From a virus (Duplodnaviria; Caudoviricetes), in the IMG/VR virus record IMGVR_UViG_3300031997_000009, positions 1-63,570 of that record: 63,570 nucleotides of DNA; one strand, 5' to 3'. Position 1 is the stretch's first letter, and each line of letters begins with the position of its first letter. Of this stretch, positions 54,167 through 63,570 are shown one piece after another. The translations under genes and the position numbers were made by a program. The notes beneath the pieces are model-generated. The model ran no database searches and had not been told where the DNA came from. It saw only the letters and a list, made by a program, of their open reading frames with translations.

Positions 54167-55594
54167 TTAGATACCATTTAAACGCAAGGCTCCCTGCCCT
54201 ATCGAAGTCATAATCGCATCCACCATCCTCGCCTTTGACGGATTCCGTTTCAACTCTTCCCTTGGAGTGTCGAGAAGATCGGCAATCTGTTGCGGTGTCA
54301 TATCAGAAAGGCCGAGGGGCTGGCCCCCGGCACCCGTGGGGATGTCGGTGGCGACAGACTTGGCCCGTCTTTCGGCTTCGGCAATGGCGGCCGCGCGCGG
54401 ATTGGGCGGGGCCGGTGGAGCGGGTCTGGGTTCGACAGCGGGAGCGGTGACGGGCTCTAAGCCCGCCTGTTCCTGCGCCTTCAGGTATCGGTATGTTTCT
54501 TCCAGGGTGAATGGAACGGGTTTACCCGAAACCGGATCGCGCTTTGAGAGTCCGTTTCTGGTCTCGACAAGGTGGAGCAGAAGATAGAATTTGCCCAACT
54601 CTTCCGGCGGCCTTATGCCCATTTTGTCCGTTTCCGCCTTTAACGTCTTGCCCTTCTCGCTGTTCTGGTCCAGGTAGACGTCCATCACGGCCATGTTCGA
54701 TCCCAGGCTGCCGTCGGTTCCGGCAATCACGCCCAGGTCGTCGAGGAAGGAGCGGTACTCCTGATCGATGACGTCCACGGGCCTGTTCATCCTGAATTCG
54801 TCATGGCGGGTGACAAAGGCGTTTGCTTCCACATACCGACCCTTGAGCTCGCGTTCACGGAAACGGGACTCTTCCTGTTCCTTTTCGCGCTTTGTTCGCT
54901 CCTGGCGGTCGTGGTCGCGTTCGGCCCGGTCTTCCGCAACCTGTTTCTGCAACTGATAGATAAGGTCTTTCTGTGCCATCTGCTGTTCGCCCAGCTTTCT
55001 CAGGTAGTCGGGGTCGAACGGGTCCAGCACTTCTTCGGCCTTCTCCCTCAGTTCGTCGGTCTTTGCGGGTGCGGGCTTTACGGGTGCGGGTGCTGCCGCA
55101 GGCGCGGGAACGGGAGCCTGAAGTTGTGTCTTCAGCTTCTCGATCTCCGCCCGGTTCGCGGCGTCACGCTCGCGCAACTCCTTCATCGAGGTCTTGGCGC
55201 TGCGGATGAAGGTCTCCTTCTCCCTTATCGCCTTCAGGGCCTCGTTTCGGGACTTGTAAATGAGATTGGTTCCGTCGTCGAATTCGACAACAAACTTGCC
55301 ATCGTCCGTGGGGACGGGCACTTCCTTCTTTTCCGACTCGGGGGTCTTGGGCACGGGCTCCGCCCCAGGCGTCGGAGGCTTGACCTCCGGTGCCGGCGCG
55401 GCGGCGGGTGCGGCCGGTTCGGGTTTTTCCAGCTTGAGACGGCCTGCGAGATAGTCGGTCGCGAATTCGCCATCGGTTTCGAGTTTTCGCACGAATTCGG
55501 CTTCCGTCATCTCCTCTACGGTCTCTGTCGGCGCCGTGGCTTCCGCCACCGCGGTTTCGGGCTGCCCTTCGGGTTCGGGCTTTAAGATTTCCAT
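54167..55594 (-). CDS. capsid scaffolding protein
   Basis: acidic Pro/Ala-rich linkers and coiled coils, directly upstream of the capsid gene. Confidence 0.7.
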   Translation of the reverse strand: MEILKPEPEGQPETAVAEATAPTETVEEMTEAEFVRKLETDGEFATDYLAGRLKLEKPEPAAPAAAPAPEVKPPTPGAEPVPKTPESEKKEVPVPTDDGKFVVEFDDGTNLIYKSRNEALKAIREKETFIRSAKTSMKELRERDAANRAEIEKLKTQLQAPVPAPAAAPAPVKPAPAKTDELREKAEEVLDPFDPDYLRKLGEQQMAQKDLIYQLQKQVAEDRAERDHDRQERTKREKEQEESRFRERELKGRYVEANAFVTRHDEFRMNRPVDVIDQEYRSFLDDLGVIAGTDGSLGSNMAVMDVYLDQNSEKGKTLKAETDKMGIRPPEELGKFYLLLHLVETRNGLSKRDPVSGKPVPFTLEETYRYLKAQEQAGLEPVTAPAVEPRPAPPAPPNPRAAAIAEAERRAKSVATDIPTGAGGQPLGLSDMTPQQIADLLDTPREELKRNPSKARMVDAIMTSIGQGALRLNGI

Positions 55595-55669
55595 TCTATT
55601 GCTCCTTTTTCCTTTTGCGGGTGTATCCGCTTCGGGTTTATTTTTTTTGCAGGAGTGCGGTTGTGCCGC

Positions 55670-57301
55670 TTAAACCTGCGCTTCTTCCGGTACGGGTTCG
55701 GCTACGGGTTCGGCGGCCGCGGGCATACCCGCGCGCATTTCTTCCGATCCCGTGTCCGCAATCATGTTTTCAAAAGCCGAAATCAGATCCCGGGCATCGG
55801 CGGCCATGTCCTTGTACGACGCCGCGAGCGCAGTGTCGTTCATGCTCTTGACAGCCTCGGACCTCTTCGCCTCCACGTCCTTGGCGAACTGCTTGAGCTC
55901 GTCAAGGTATGTCTGCGGGTCTTCGGCGCCTGCGCCGGACAGGGCCTCGTTCAAATTCGAGAAGAGGGTATTGCCCTGCTTCACGAGTTCGAGATCGACG
56001 CCTTCGACTTTTGCATAAGATTCAAAAGGCCCTTTCATGGTGGCCTCACCTTCCGCCGGCTCCGGGGGGCCTCCCCCGGGCTCGGCCATTTCTGTGGTAG
56101 TGTCTGCGACTTCTCCTCCGGCCTGAAAGCCCGCGCCCGAAGCGAAGCCGACATTGGGCTTGTCGCTGTATTGGAGCGAGAGCTTGTTCCTCTCATCCGC
56201 TGAACCCACTGGCGGGTTCTTGTCTCCGGTCTGACTGATGATGCGGCTGAACCGCTGCGTCTCCGCGTCGTTCGGCGTGGCGCTTACGAGCTTTCCGTCC
56301 CTGATGCTGACGTCGTAGACGGCGGCGATGTCGCCTGGCTTGGAGACGCCAAGCTCTTTCTGTATCTGGGCCGAGGTCATGGTCTTCTTCGTGAGTCCGG
56401 CTTCTCCGCCTGTCGCGAGTCCGTCCTTTTTCTCCGAAGGCTGGCCGCCCTTGGCAAGTCCCGGCTTTGACGGAGCCCCGCTGTCCTTGGCAAAACGCTC
56501 GTCGGGTTTGTGCAGGAGCTCCTGATCGGGCTTGGGGTCGTCGGTACGGGACGGCAGCTTCGCGCCCTCGTAACCGCCTTCGACTTCTCCGCCGTGGAAT
56601 TTTTGGGTCTCGTCCTTGATCTTTATTTTCTTTTCCTTCGCGAGGTCGTCGCCCTTGGGCTTGCCCTCCCCCGTCGTCCCGGCCATGCGCGTCACGCGAA
56701 CGGTTGCTGGCTTGAGGCCGGAGAGGGGGGAACCTTCGGGCGGCGTCGTGAGGCCGCCCAAGGCAAAGCCCATCTTCTTTCTCAGGATCGGATCAATCTG
56801 CCACAGGCTTGTTGCGGGGGAGATGTCGGGGTCTCCGGGCTCGGGAATGAGGTCGGGCTTTCCCTCTTCTCCGCCGGTGACGGTTGTTGCGGGCGTGGGA
56901 GCCTCCTCGTATGTGGGCTTCATAATTCCGGAGATGTCCTCTCCGGTGTCCGCGTTCATGATCCTGTCCACGTCGCCTGCGTCCCCGTAGACGACGACGA
57001 TGTTGGCTTTAGCCAAAGACGGATATTTTTCGTTCTTCCTGAGCGTGTCCGCGAGATCGGTTTTCCCCATCCTCTCGAGCGTGTCCGTCCACTTTTCGAG
57101 CGTGGTCTTGATATTATCGGCCATGCCCGTGGGCTTGTTGTACTCCACGTCTTCTTCGGGCTCGGGCGCGATTTTACTTCCGGGCTTACGGGCTTGGATG
57201 CGCGCGGTTTCGGCATACAACATCGGCGTGCTTCCGCCCTCGGCCTTGCCCTTGCGCGTGACCTTGATTTTGCTTTCGCCCTTTTTCTCGGTCTCTGCCA
57301 T
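55670..57301 (-). CDS. low-complexity head-module protein with repeated xxxGG motifs
   Basis: 543 aa; FALGG, LAKGG, LATGG, FQAGG. Confidence 0.65.
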   Translation of the reverse strand: MAETEKKGESKIKVTRKGKAEGGSTPMLYAETARIQARKPGSKIAPEPEEDVEYNKPTGMADNIKTTLEKWTDTLERMGKTDLADTLRKNEKYPSLAKANIVVVYGDAGDVDRIMNADTGEDISGIMKPTYEEAPTPATTVTGGEEGKPDLIPEPGDPDISPATSLWQIDPILRKKMGFALGGLTTPPEGSPLSGLKPATVRVTRMAGTTGEGKPKGDDLAKEKKIKIKDETQKFHGGEVEGGYEGAKLPSRTDDPKPDQELLHKPDERFAKDSGAPSKPGLAKGGQPSEKKDGLATGGEAGLTKKTMTSAQIQKELGVSKPGDIAAVYDVSIRDGKLVSATPNDAETQRFSRIISQTGDKNPPVGSADERNKLSLQYSDKPNVGFASGAGFQAGGEVADTTTEMAEPGGGPPEPAEGEATMKGPFESYAKVEGVDLELVKQGNTLFSNLNEALSGAGAEDPQTYLDELKQFAKDVEAKRSEAVKSMNDTALAASYKDMAADARDLISAFENMIADTGSEEMRAGMPAAAEPVAEPVPEEAQV

Positions 57302-57329
57302 ATTCTCTCCTTCCCGCTCTTTGCGGTGG

Positions 57330-59606
57330 TTAGGTTTCGACTCCGGTGACGGCGATGTCGGGTTTGAATGTTTTTATTTTTGCGTCCTGTACGATGTCAA
57401 TCACGCCGCCCTGCTTGAAGCCCATGCTTTTCTCCGGCGGCACGGGCTCGGTTTCGGCTGCCGCAAACGCGTCTATGGGTCCGGCCGCGCCGGCTCCTGG
57501 AGCGGGAGCGACCGCGGGAACGCCGGGTTCTGCGCCAGGGCCGGGGAATGCGCCGGGAAGCGGAGGCGCTGCCTGCGCCGGCGCCTGATCGAGCTGGGCC
57601 TGCATTTGCTTGTTCGCGAGCCTGAGCTTGAGCGTGTTGGCCTTCAGGGTCTCCTTGGCCATCGTCTGTTCGAGCTCGCGCATCTCGTCGAGGTCGGCGT
57701 GCTGCTTGGACGTGAAGGTGTCGAGGCTGTCCACGAGCGCGGCCGTGAAGACCTGACGGGTGCCGATGTATTCCGGAGGTATGACGCGCAGGAGTTCGGT
57801 CGCGACGGCCCTGGTGATGAGCCTGTTGGTGGACGAAGACGGCGACTCGCTGATGACGACCTTGTGCCGGGGCAGATTGGCGAAATCATTTTCGACTTTT
57901 TCAACGGGCTCGCCGCTGTCGTCGTCCTCGAACCACCTGCGGTTGACAACGACGGTCTGCCAGTCGGTTTCGCTCGAACCGCCCACGCCCTTGCGGACGT
58001 TGGCGACGAGGAAGCGGCGTTCGATGCCGCCGATGGTGTACTGTATCTTCGCCTGCTCCATGTAGGCTTCGGCCTTTTCGTTCTCGTGCCTCTTGAGATC
58101 GGCGAAAAGAGTGTAGGACTGCTGCTCGGCCACGCGCGCCTTCTGCGCGAACAGGTAGCCGCTCTCTCCGCTCTTTTCCGAGCGGGCGTCGAAAACGGCC
58201 GGGGCCTTGCTGATTCTGTCGGCATAATCCCACATCCTCTGCAGCTGGTCGCGGACGTCCTGGGGAAAGATGGCCTTGGACACCGGCTGCGGCGCGAGGC
58301 CGCGCTGAAGCGCGCCTGGCGCGGTTTCAAAGGTCTGCCGTGGCTGGTTGCGCTTGAGCTTGTATTCGGCGATCTTGTCCTCGTCCTCGCCGAAGAGCAG
58401 GGGGTCGATGAGCTGGGATCCGCAGGCCTCGGTCTCGATGAGGTTGGTGATGAGTTCTTCGCGGTAGTTGATTTTGTACTGGATGTCGGCGAGGAGATCG
58501 ACGATGCCGCGGCATTTGCCGTTGATGCGGCTCGCGCTCCAGGGGAAGAGGGGCAGGCGGCCAATCTGTACTTCGCACGGCTTCTTCTCCAGGGGTTCGT
58601 TGATGTCGAGCTGTCGGCAGACGGTCGTGACCATGCACACGCGCCTCTTCTCCGTCCGTTTCTTGACGCGCCCGGGCTCCCAGGAGGGGTTATTCTTGTT
58701 CAGGAACGCGAGCTTGGCCGCGTAGTCGGTGCCGACGGGCAGGTCGATGCCGGTCATTTCGTCGTATTCGATGATGACGTCTTCCGTGACCATCTCGAAC
58801 TTGCGGATAATGCGATAGTAGTTAAAGGCAGCCTGCGTCTCGCTCATCTCGAAGAGCGGCGTGACGGAGCTGTCGATGAGGGCGTCGAAAAATTCGCCCT
58901 GCGTCTTCGTCCTCTCGACGTCGCGCTCGACGAAGTTCAGGGTCTTGGCCTTTTCGGGCCACATATCCATGATTTGCGAACCCGTCAGGTACGAGACCAC
59001 CCACGCCATCTGGCAGTCTTTGGCGCTCAACGTCTTCCATCTCGGGTCGTAGGCGACGTAGCCGGGAAGATGGGTGCGGAAGCCGATGTTTCCGAGCGGG
59101 TGATAGCGCCTGTCGATGTACATTTCCTCGTCGCCGCGGTAGATGTTTCCGGCGAGCACGAGCTGGTTGTACGCGGGCTCCCAATCCATCATCTCCTTGT
59201 CCGAGAGATACATGGACTTGAGGACGTTGGTGAGGATGGATTCGGCGCCTTCGACGGGCACGAAGTCGGAGTCGAATTGGTTTTTGAGTATGTTGCCGGT
59301 GAGGCTATCGACTTTCTGCGTGGTGATGTTGAAGGTCGCGAGGTCGCGGCCTTCGAGTTGCGCCTGGGCCTTGTCGTCTTCGGTGTACTGGCCCAGGTCA
59401 AGGCCGGCGTACATCTGCCAGTTGCGCTTGCAGCGCAGGCGGTCCTGGCTCTCGAATGCGATGACGCGGTCGAATTCCTGCTCGATGCGGTTGACGTCCG
59501 AGAGTATGCCCTGCGTGCTCGCGTCCGGAACCTGATCCGTGTTCGACGCGATCTGCACCCCTGGAGAAGAGCTGGCGATATCGTCGTTGGGGTTGAGTCT
59601 TTCCAT
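57330..59606 (-). CDS. portal protein (P22-like)
   Basis: 758 aa; Y.G...QY......L.GR....N, GIVDLLADIQ..IN, ESG motif, Gln/Pro-rich tail. Confidence 0.85.
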   Translation of the reverse strand: MERLNPNDDIASSSPGVQIASNTDQVPDASTQGILSDVNRIEQEFDRVIAFESQDRLRCKRNWQMYAGLDLGQYTEDDKAQAQLEGRDLATFNITTQKVDSLTGNILKNQFDSDFVPVEGAESILTNVLKSMYLSDKEMMDWEPAYNQLVLAGNIYRGDEEMYIDRRYHPLGNIGFRTHLPGYVAYDPRWKTLSAKDCQMAWVVSYLTGSQIMDMWPEKAKTLNFVERDVERTKTQGEFFDALIDSSVTPLFEMSETQAAFNYYRIIRKFEMVTEDVIIEYDEMTGIDLPVGTDYAAKLAFLNKNNPSWEPGRVKKRTEKRRVCMVTTVCRQLDINEPLEKKPCEVQIGRLPLFPWSASRINGKCRGIVDLLADIQYKINYREELITNLIETEACGSQLIDPLLFGEDEDKIAEYKLKRNQPRQTFETAPGALQRGLAPQPVSKAIFPQDVRDQLQRMWDYADRISKAPAVFDARSEKSGESGYLFAQKARVAEQQSYTLFADLKRHENEKAEAYMEQAKIQYTIGGIERRFLVANVRKGVGGSSETDWQTVVVNRRWFEDDDSGEPVEKVENDFANLPRHKVVISESPSSSTNRLITRAVATELLRVIPPEYIGTRQVFTAALVDSLDTFTSKQHADLDEMRELEQTMAKETLKANTLKLRLANKQMQAQLDQAPAQAAPPLPGAFPGPGAEPGVPAVAPAPGAGAAGPIDAFAAAETEPVPPEKSMGFKQGGVIDIVQDAKIKTFKPDIAVTGVET

Positions 59607-59873
59607 TTACGCTCCCTGGGGTTGGGATAGCCGTACGGGGCCCCGCGTGATCTGCACAAGAGCCTCCACCTTGGAGTCCGGCAGAGACGGGGCGAGGCCT
59701 ATCTCGATAAGGTCGGCGTTGGCGTTGTGGAAGACGCGCCACTGGCTGCCGCACTTGGGACAGGTGGGAGAGACGAGACTGTGATGAGATCTGCAGACTT
59801 TTACGAGATAGCGTCCGCAGGGGCCATCGGCACCTGGGCAGTAGACGGGGATATACTCTTCAATTCCCGACAT
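59607..59873 (-). CDS. Com-like zinc-ribbon protein
   Basis: VYC...CGRYL...TCPKCG directly upstream of the portal. Confidence 0.55.
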   Translation of the reverse strand: MSGIEEYIPVYCPGADGPCGRYLVKVCRSHHSLVSPTCPKCGSQWRVFHNANADLIEIGLAPSLPDSKVEALVQITRGPVRLSQPQGA

Positions 59874-59951
59874 CTTGCTTTTAATATATTCAAGAAAATA
59901 TATAAAAGCAAGGTATTTTTTATAATGGCCGGTTTTGCCGAACCAACCTGA

Positions 59952-60500
59952 TTATTCCATAGCCATTGCCATGGCCTCGTTTTCACTCTGAAAAGGGGCC
60001 GTAATTTCGCCAAAAACAGACCATGCGACGTCCATGACTTTTGACAGTTCTTTTTCCTGTTCTGGCTTTAAATAGCCGGTTTTATCGCCTACGAGCGTGC
60101 GGTCGCAGGTATCTGTCCATGGCTTGTTTACCATCTCCCAGAACTGGTAATAACTCATTTCCGCCTTTACCCTGCAGAGAATGATGGATTTTTGCAGGAG
60201 CTTGAGATAGCGGCTCCTGGCGCCTCCATGGCCGGAGAAGGGTTCGTCGCTTTTATACTGCGTGGATTTGCGCTCTTCTTCGTGCCGGCGTTTTGTGAGT
60301 GCGATTTTCAGAATGGCTGCGCCCAGGTTCCCCGGCCACTCGCCTTTTTCGACCTCTCCACAGGCGTCAACCATTTCCGTCATGTTCAGGCCGTTGGTCA
60401 TTTTTACCGCTTTGCCAATCCAATCCGGTTTTGACGGTTTTGAGAAGGCGGCAAAAATTTCCTTAATCATAATCTCGCGTTCGATAAAATCCTGGCTCAT
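59952..60500 (-). CDS. hypothetical protein coupled to the replication initiator
   Basis: ATGA overlap at 60497-60500; MSQDFIE start. Confidence 0.6.
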   Translation of the reverse strand: MSQDFIEREIMIKEIFAAFSKPSKPDWIGKAVKMTNGLNMTEMVDACGEVEKGEWPGNLGAAILKIALTKRRHEEERKSTQYKSDEPFSGHGGARSRYLKLLQKSIILCRVKAEMSYYQFWEMVNKPWTDTCDRTLVGDKTGYLKPEQEKELSKVMDVAWSVFGEITAPFQSENEAMAMAME

Positions 60501-61231
60501 TTCATCACCCCGTATTTTTGACGTATTTTTTCCGCCTGCTCCACGACCCCAGCACCATCCCCGGGAAGGCCGGTCTCGTATCCACTCCTTTCCCACGTCC
60601 TGACCGCGGCCCTCCAATCCTTCATCGGGTTCCTCCCCACCTTCCACCCGTTCGACTCGTAGTGGTCGTAGAACTTTTGCGGATCCACCCTGTTATCCCG
60701 CTCCTCGCAATAAGCCATGATTTCCGGGATTGGGGGTTTGATAAATCTTGGGACGGTCGGGGAGGGGGGTGCCGCAGGCACACTCTTACTCTTCTCTTTT
60801 GTTTCTGTTTTAGTTTCCGTTTCCGTTTCCCCCCTTATTGGGGGATTACTGGGGGGTTTCTGGCCCGATAACTCGTTTTTGCTTCGATTTCGCTCCCTTT
60901 CACGGTCCTTGCGGACCATGCCCATGCGCTTCTGGATTCCGTTCGAGGTGTAGGTACCCTGCGAATTTTTGAAAATTAGGCCAGTGGACACCGCGAAGGT
61001 CAACATACCCAGGTGTTCTTGGGGGGTTATCCGGCAGTTATTGGGGTGTATAACCCCGTAAATTCCATCAAAATCGACACTGCCATTTTCGTCCTGGTAT
61101 GCTGTTTGCCAGAATTTGACTAACCAAACGAAGCCATCGTTCTTAAAAACCGACTCAAATGCTCGAGCTTTTTCGTCCCAAACGCAGTCCATTGGGAAGT
61201 AGGACAGTCCGGTTTTACGGGGTCTTGCCAC
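60497..61231 (-). CDS. replication initiator (DUF4373-like N-terminus)
   Basis: MARPRKTGLSYFP...TSNGIQKR; C-terminal FYDHYESNGWKVGRNPMKDWRAAVRTWE. Confidence 0.85.
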   Translation of the reverse strand: MARPRKTGLSYFPMDCVWDEKARAFESVFKNDGFVWLVKFWQTAYQDENGSVDFDGIYGVIHPNNCRITPQEHLGMLTFAVSTGLIFKNSQGTYTSNGIQKRMGMVRKDRERERNRSKNELSGQKPPSNPPIRGETETETKTETKEKSKSVPAAPPSPTVPRFIKPPIPEIMAYCEERDNRVDPQKFYDHYESNGWKVGRNPMKDWRAAVRTWERSGYETGLPGDGAGVVEQAEKIRQKYGVMK

Positions 61232-61287
61232 TTTCCTTCTCCTTCCTGAGTTGTTCTCGGTCGTATTCTAAGGTCCAGAATTCTGGC

Positions 61288-61722
61288 TTAATTGTCCTGA
61301 TTCTGGCCATTACCGCCCTCCGTTTTAGTTGAAATTTCGCGTTCTTCTTTGAGCATTTCCCTGTCGAGCTCGAGCTTTTCCCTTAAAATTTCGTCAAATT
61401 TTTGTTCCATGTCCTTTCTCTTTTTTGCGAAATCGACTTCAAGCAGCATTTGGGATTTTATTCTTTCCTGTTCGGCCCTGAAGAGGGCCTCTTCCTGCTC
61501 TCTGCGGTGCTGGGCTTGTCGGTAAATGAGTTCGGTTTTGCGGGTAATATCCGCCTCGTATTTCCGTTGAAATTCGGTGGCCGAGCGCCGAGCGTTTTCG
61601 TAACGCAGATCCTCCGCCAGTTTTCTCTCTTTTTTTCTCCTCTCCCTGTTCCTCGAAGCGTAGGGGACCAATAAGACGATAATGGCCAAGACGGCAATCG
61701 AGAATACGGCAGGCGTATCCAC
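61288..61722 (-). CDS. membrane-anchored coiled-coil protein
   Basis: GTG start after GGAGGAG; TM segment FSIAVLAIIVLLVPY then charged coiled coil. Confidence 0.65.
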   Translation of the reverse strand: MDTPAVFSIAVLAIIVLLVPYASRNRERRKKERKLAEDLRYENARRSATEFQRKYEADITRKTELIYRQAQHRREQEEALFRAEQERIKSQMLLEVDFAKKRKDMEQKFDEILREKLELDREMLKEEREISTKTEGGNGQNQDN

Positions 61723-61877
61723 TACTCCTCCGAGGATTTTAGGTCGGCCTTGGTTTCCCGGCCGCCGGCGACCTCCGCCGCCTCCATTCCGAGCATGAAG
61801 ATTTCGCGGCTGGTGAGGGTGATTTTGTCCCTGCGCTTTTCCTCCGCATCGTCCAGGTGAAAACTGATGCCTCGCAT
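61722..61877 (-). CDS. 51-aa candidate ribbon-helix-helix regulator
   Basis: translated by hand: MRGISFHLDDAEEKRRDKITLTSREIFMLGMEA...; AAGGAGG RBS; first gene after the promoter. Confidence 0.55.
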   Translation of the reverse strand: MRGISFHLDDAEEKRRDKITLTSREIFMLGMEAAEVAGGRETKADLKSSEE

Positions 61878-61900
61878 TTGACCTCCTTTGTATAGCATTC

Positions 61901-61929
61901 AATATAGCTTTAATGCAGTTAAGAGTCAA
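61901..61929 (-). promoter_or_regulatory. sigma70-like promoter
   Basis: minus strand TTGACT-17 nt-TATATT; TATAGC repeated around the -10. Confidence 0.75.
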
Positions 61930-62407
61930 GGGTTATTTTTGGGATCGAGAAATAGAATCAACAAGAGGGGGGGAACCTTTAAGGAGGGGGGGTGTTTCCC
62001 CTCCGGCTCCTGTATTTTCCCAGGCTATATTTTTTTAAGCCGCAGGTCCGGAGTTCTGGAAGTAGGGGGATTGAGAAGGGGGGCATGGGTGGGGGGAGAC
62101 GCACTCCCATACTGGCTTCGTGAGATCTGAACGCGCATACCCGGGCGCCCCCGGATTCGCGTGCCCATTCCTCCCCATTCACGCGTCATGCCGACTGCTT
62201 TCGCTCACGCGTTTATTATAACGCCCGCGTTGAACTCGTACATTAACAACATAGAGCCTTGGTCGAAAAACGCTATATAACCGTACTACACCCCATGCTA
62301 AGTCGCTGATTTCGCTGGACTTGTGGCGCTGCCGGGACGATTTCGGCAAGTTTCCGATGTCGCCGATGCACCGAGCAAGCGATGCAGCGACAGAAACAGG
62401 AGGGGTT

Positions 62408-63037
62408 ATGGTTACTCGCAAGAGTGCCGCAATCCCCCAGGCCGAGGCAGATGAGCTTGCGTCTCTGTTCTCTGACCGTGCCATCAAGGCGCAGGTTGAG
62501 GAGAGGGAACGCGAGAAGGCCGCCAAGGCGCAGGCGAAGCTCCAGGCAGGGGCAGAGCGCGAGTATGTCGTGGTCAAGCGGGTGTTCCCGTTGGCAACGA
62601 AGGTACACACGCAGTTAAGCCCCAGCGGTACGGGTGACGAAGGCACGCAGCAGGCCTATCATCCCGGCTGGACGCACTTGCGTCAGAGTGCGAAGCAGGT
62701 CATCTGGGCAATCTCGGCTGAGGAGGCAGTTCTCAAGGCGCAGCAGCGCACCCTTGGGGACAGGCACAACACCCTCAGCGCAGACGAGGCAGCGTACTGG
62801 ACTGCCCATCTGAGCCGGGGAGAATGGGCTGGCACGGACCACGCGGCGCAAGCTGCCCCATTCCGTGCGGTAGAGGTCGAGGATTTGTCAAAGTGCCCGG
62901 TCAAGGGTGACATTCCCATCACTCCCGACTTGGCCGACATTAACGCCCGCATCACGTTCTGGGAACAGGATGGTGACAAGGAGATGGTCAAGGCGTTACG
63001 CGGTATCAGGCGCCAGATGATGCACATCAAGAGTTAA
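62408..63037 (+). CDS. hypothetical protein, first gene of the plus-strand arm
   Basis: ACAGGAGG RBS before MVTRKS. Confidence 0.7.
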   Translation: MVTRKSAAIPQAEADELASLFSDRAIKAQVEEREREKAAKAQAKLQAGAEREYVVVKRVFPLATKVHTQLSPSGTGDEGTQQAYHPGWTHLRQSAKQVIWAISAEEAVLKAQQRTLGDRHNTLSADEAAYWTAHLSRGEWAGTDHAAQAAPFRAVEVEDLSKCPVKGDIPITPDLADINARITFWEQDGDKEMVKALRGIRRQMMHIKS

Positions 63038-63224
63038 TATGCGGGGGATAAGGGTTGCAGCACCCGTTCCCCAACGTCATAACTCGTGCAGGGGCACGGT
63101 GTAGATAGGCAAAGTTTGCCATAACTCCGGTGTCGTATAATCCGGTTATAGGTTTACATAATCTGGGATTGTGTGGTTATTTGCTCAAAAAGGGCAAATC
63201 AGGTTTACATAATCTTGGGGTACC

Positions 63225-63389
63225 ATGGACGTACTTGATGCGTTCAGGGATTGCTCAAGGTGCGCCATGTGCGAATCGTGCGAAAAGCGCGCGATACTTG
63301 AATGGCCGGATGGACGCAAGGAATTTACCTTTGCGCTCTGCGGGGATTTTTCTCCGCTGCCTTCCGGTGACAGGTGGATAATCGCATAG
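63225..63389 (+). CDS. small Cys-rich protein (54 aa)
   Basis: translated by hand: MDVLDAFRDCSRCAMCESC...WIIA. Confidence 0.45.
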   Translation: MDVLDAFRDCSRCAMCESCEKRAILEWPDGRKEFTFALCGDFSPLPSGDRWIIA

Positions 63390-63570
63390 GGCCACGTTGG
63401 CGCCATCATGGATAGGCCATACCGCCTTAATTGAGCGGCCGCTGGCCTATCTTTTTTTTTCACCCATTCACCACGGAGGCGGTATGGAGTCCATTTTCAG
63501 CTCAACGGTGGACGCACTGGAGCGTCTGCAGGAGGAGCGCGAGTGCGCTCTGCAGGACGGTGACGCCGAG
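63371..63570. repeat. 200-bp terminal direct repeat, right copy
   Basis: matches 1-200 with one mismatch. Confidence 0.95.

Noticed and set aside
57000-59630. 876-aa plus-strand ORF
   Set aside because: Antisense shadow of the portal gene caused by high GC3 bias; no RBS or recognisable motifs
1-63570. Stop-codon reassignment
   Set aside because: Core genes are full length in the standard code and TAA, TAG and TGA all serve as stops

Overview
The window looks like a complete, circularly permuted tailed-phage genome of about 63.4 kb: positions 1-200 recur at 63371-63570 with one mismatch. The gene content suggests a podovirus-like virion. There are three blocks. (1) A plus-strand early/accessory arm (62408-63570 continuing into 1-11086) has many small genes, an amidoligase + class II glutamine amidotransferase pair, SpoVG-like, ArdC-like and DUF932 proteins, and a tRNA-His. 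(2) A minus-strand run from a sigma70-like promoter at 61929 covers the replication initiator, portal, scaffold, capsid, tail, ejection proteins, a 2769-aa polyvalent protein and lysis genes. (3) A second minus-strand run from a promoter at 28306 covers HTH, recombination genes, methyltransferases, an Acb2/Tad1-like protein, RusA, four glycosyltransferases and the terminase. I recognise no integrase, DNA polymerase or reverse transcriptase. The main discovery is at 22183-25854: eight gene cassettes separated by eight attC-like hairpins (AAC...GTT), plus an attI-like entry site. The two ends of each cassette are complementary to each other rather than to the other arm of the hairpin they sit in, which is the footprint of integron-type site-specific insertion. 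No tyrosine recombinase is recognisable in the genome, and most cassette ORFs encode their C-termini inside the attC hairpin. All family assignments are from motif recognition by eye; no database search was run.
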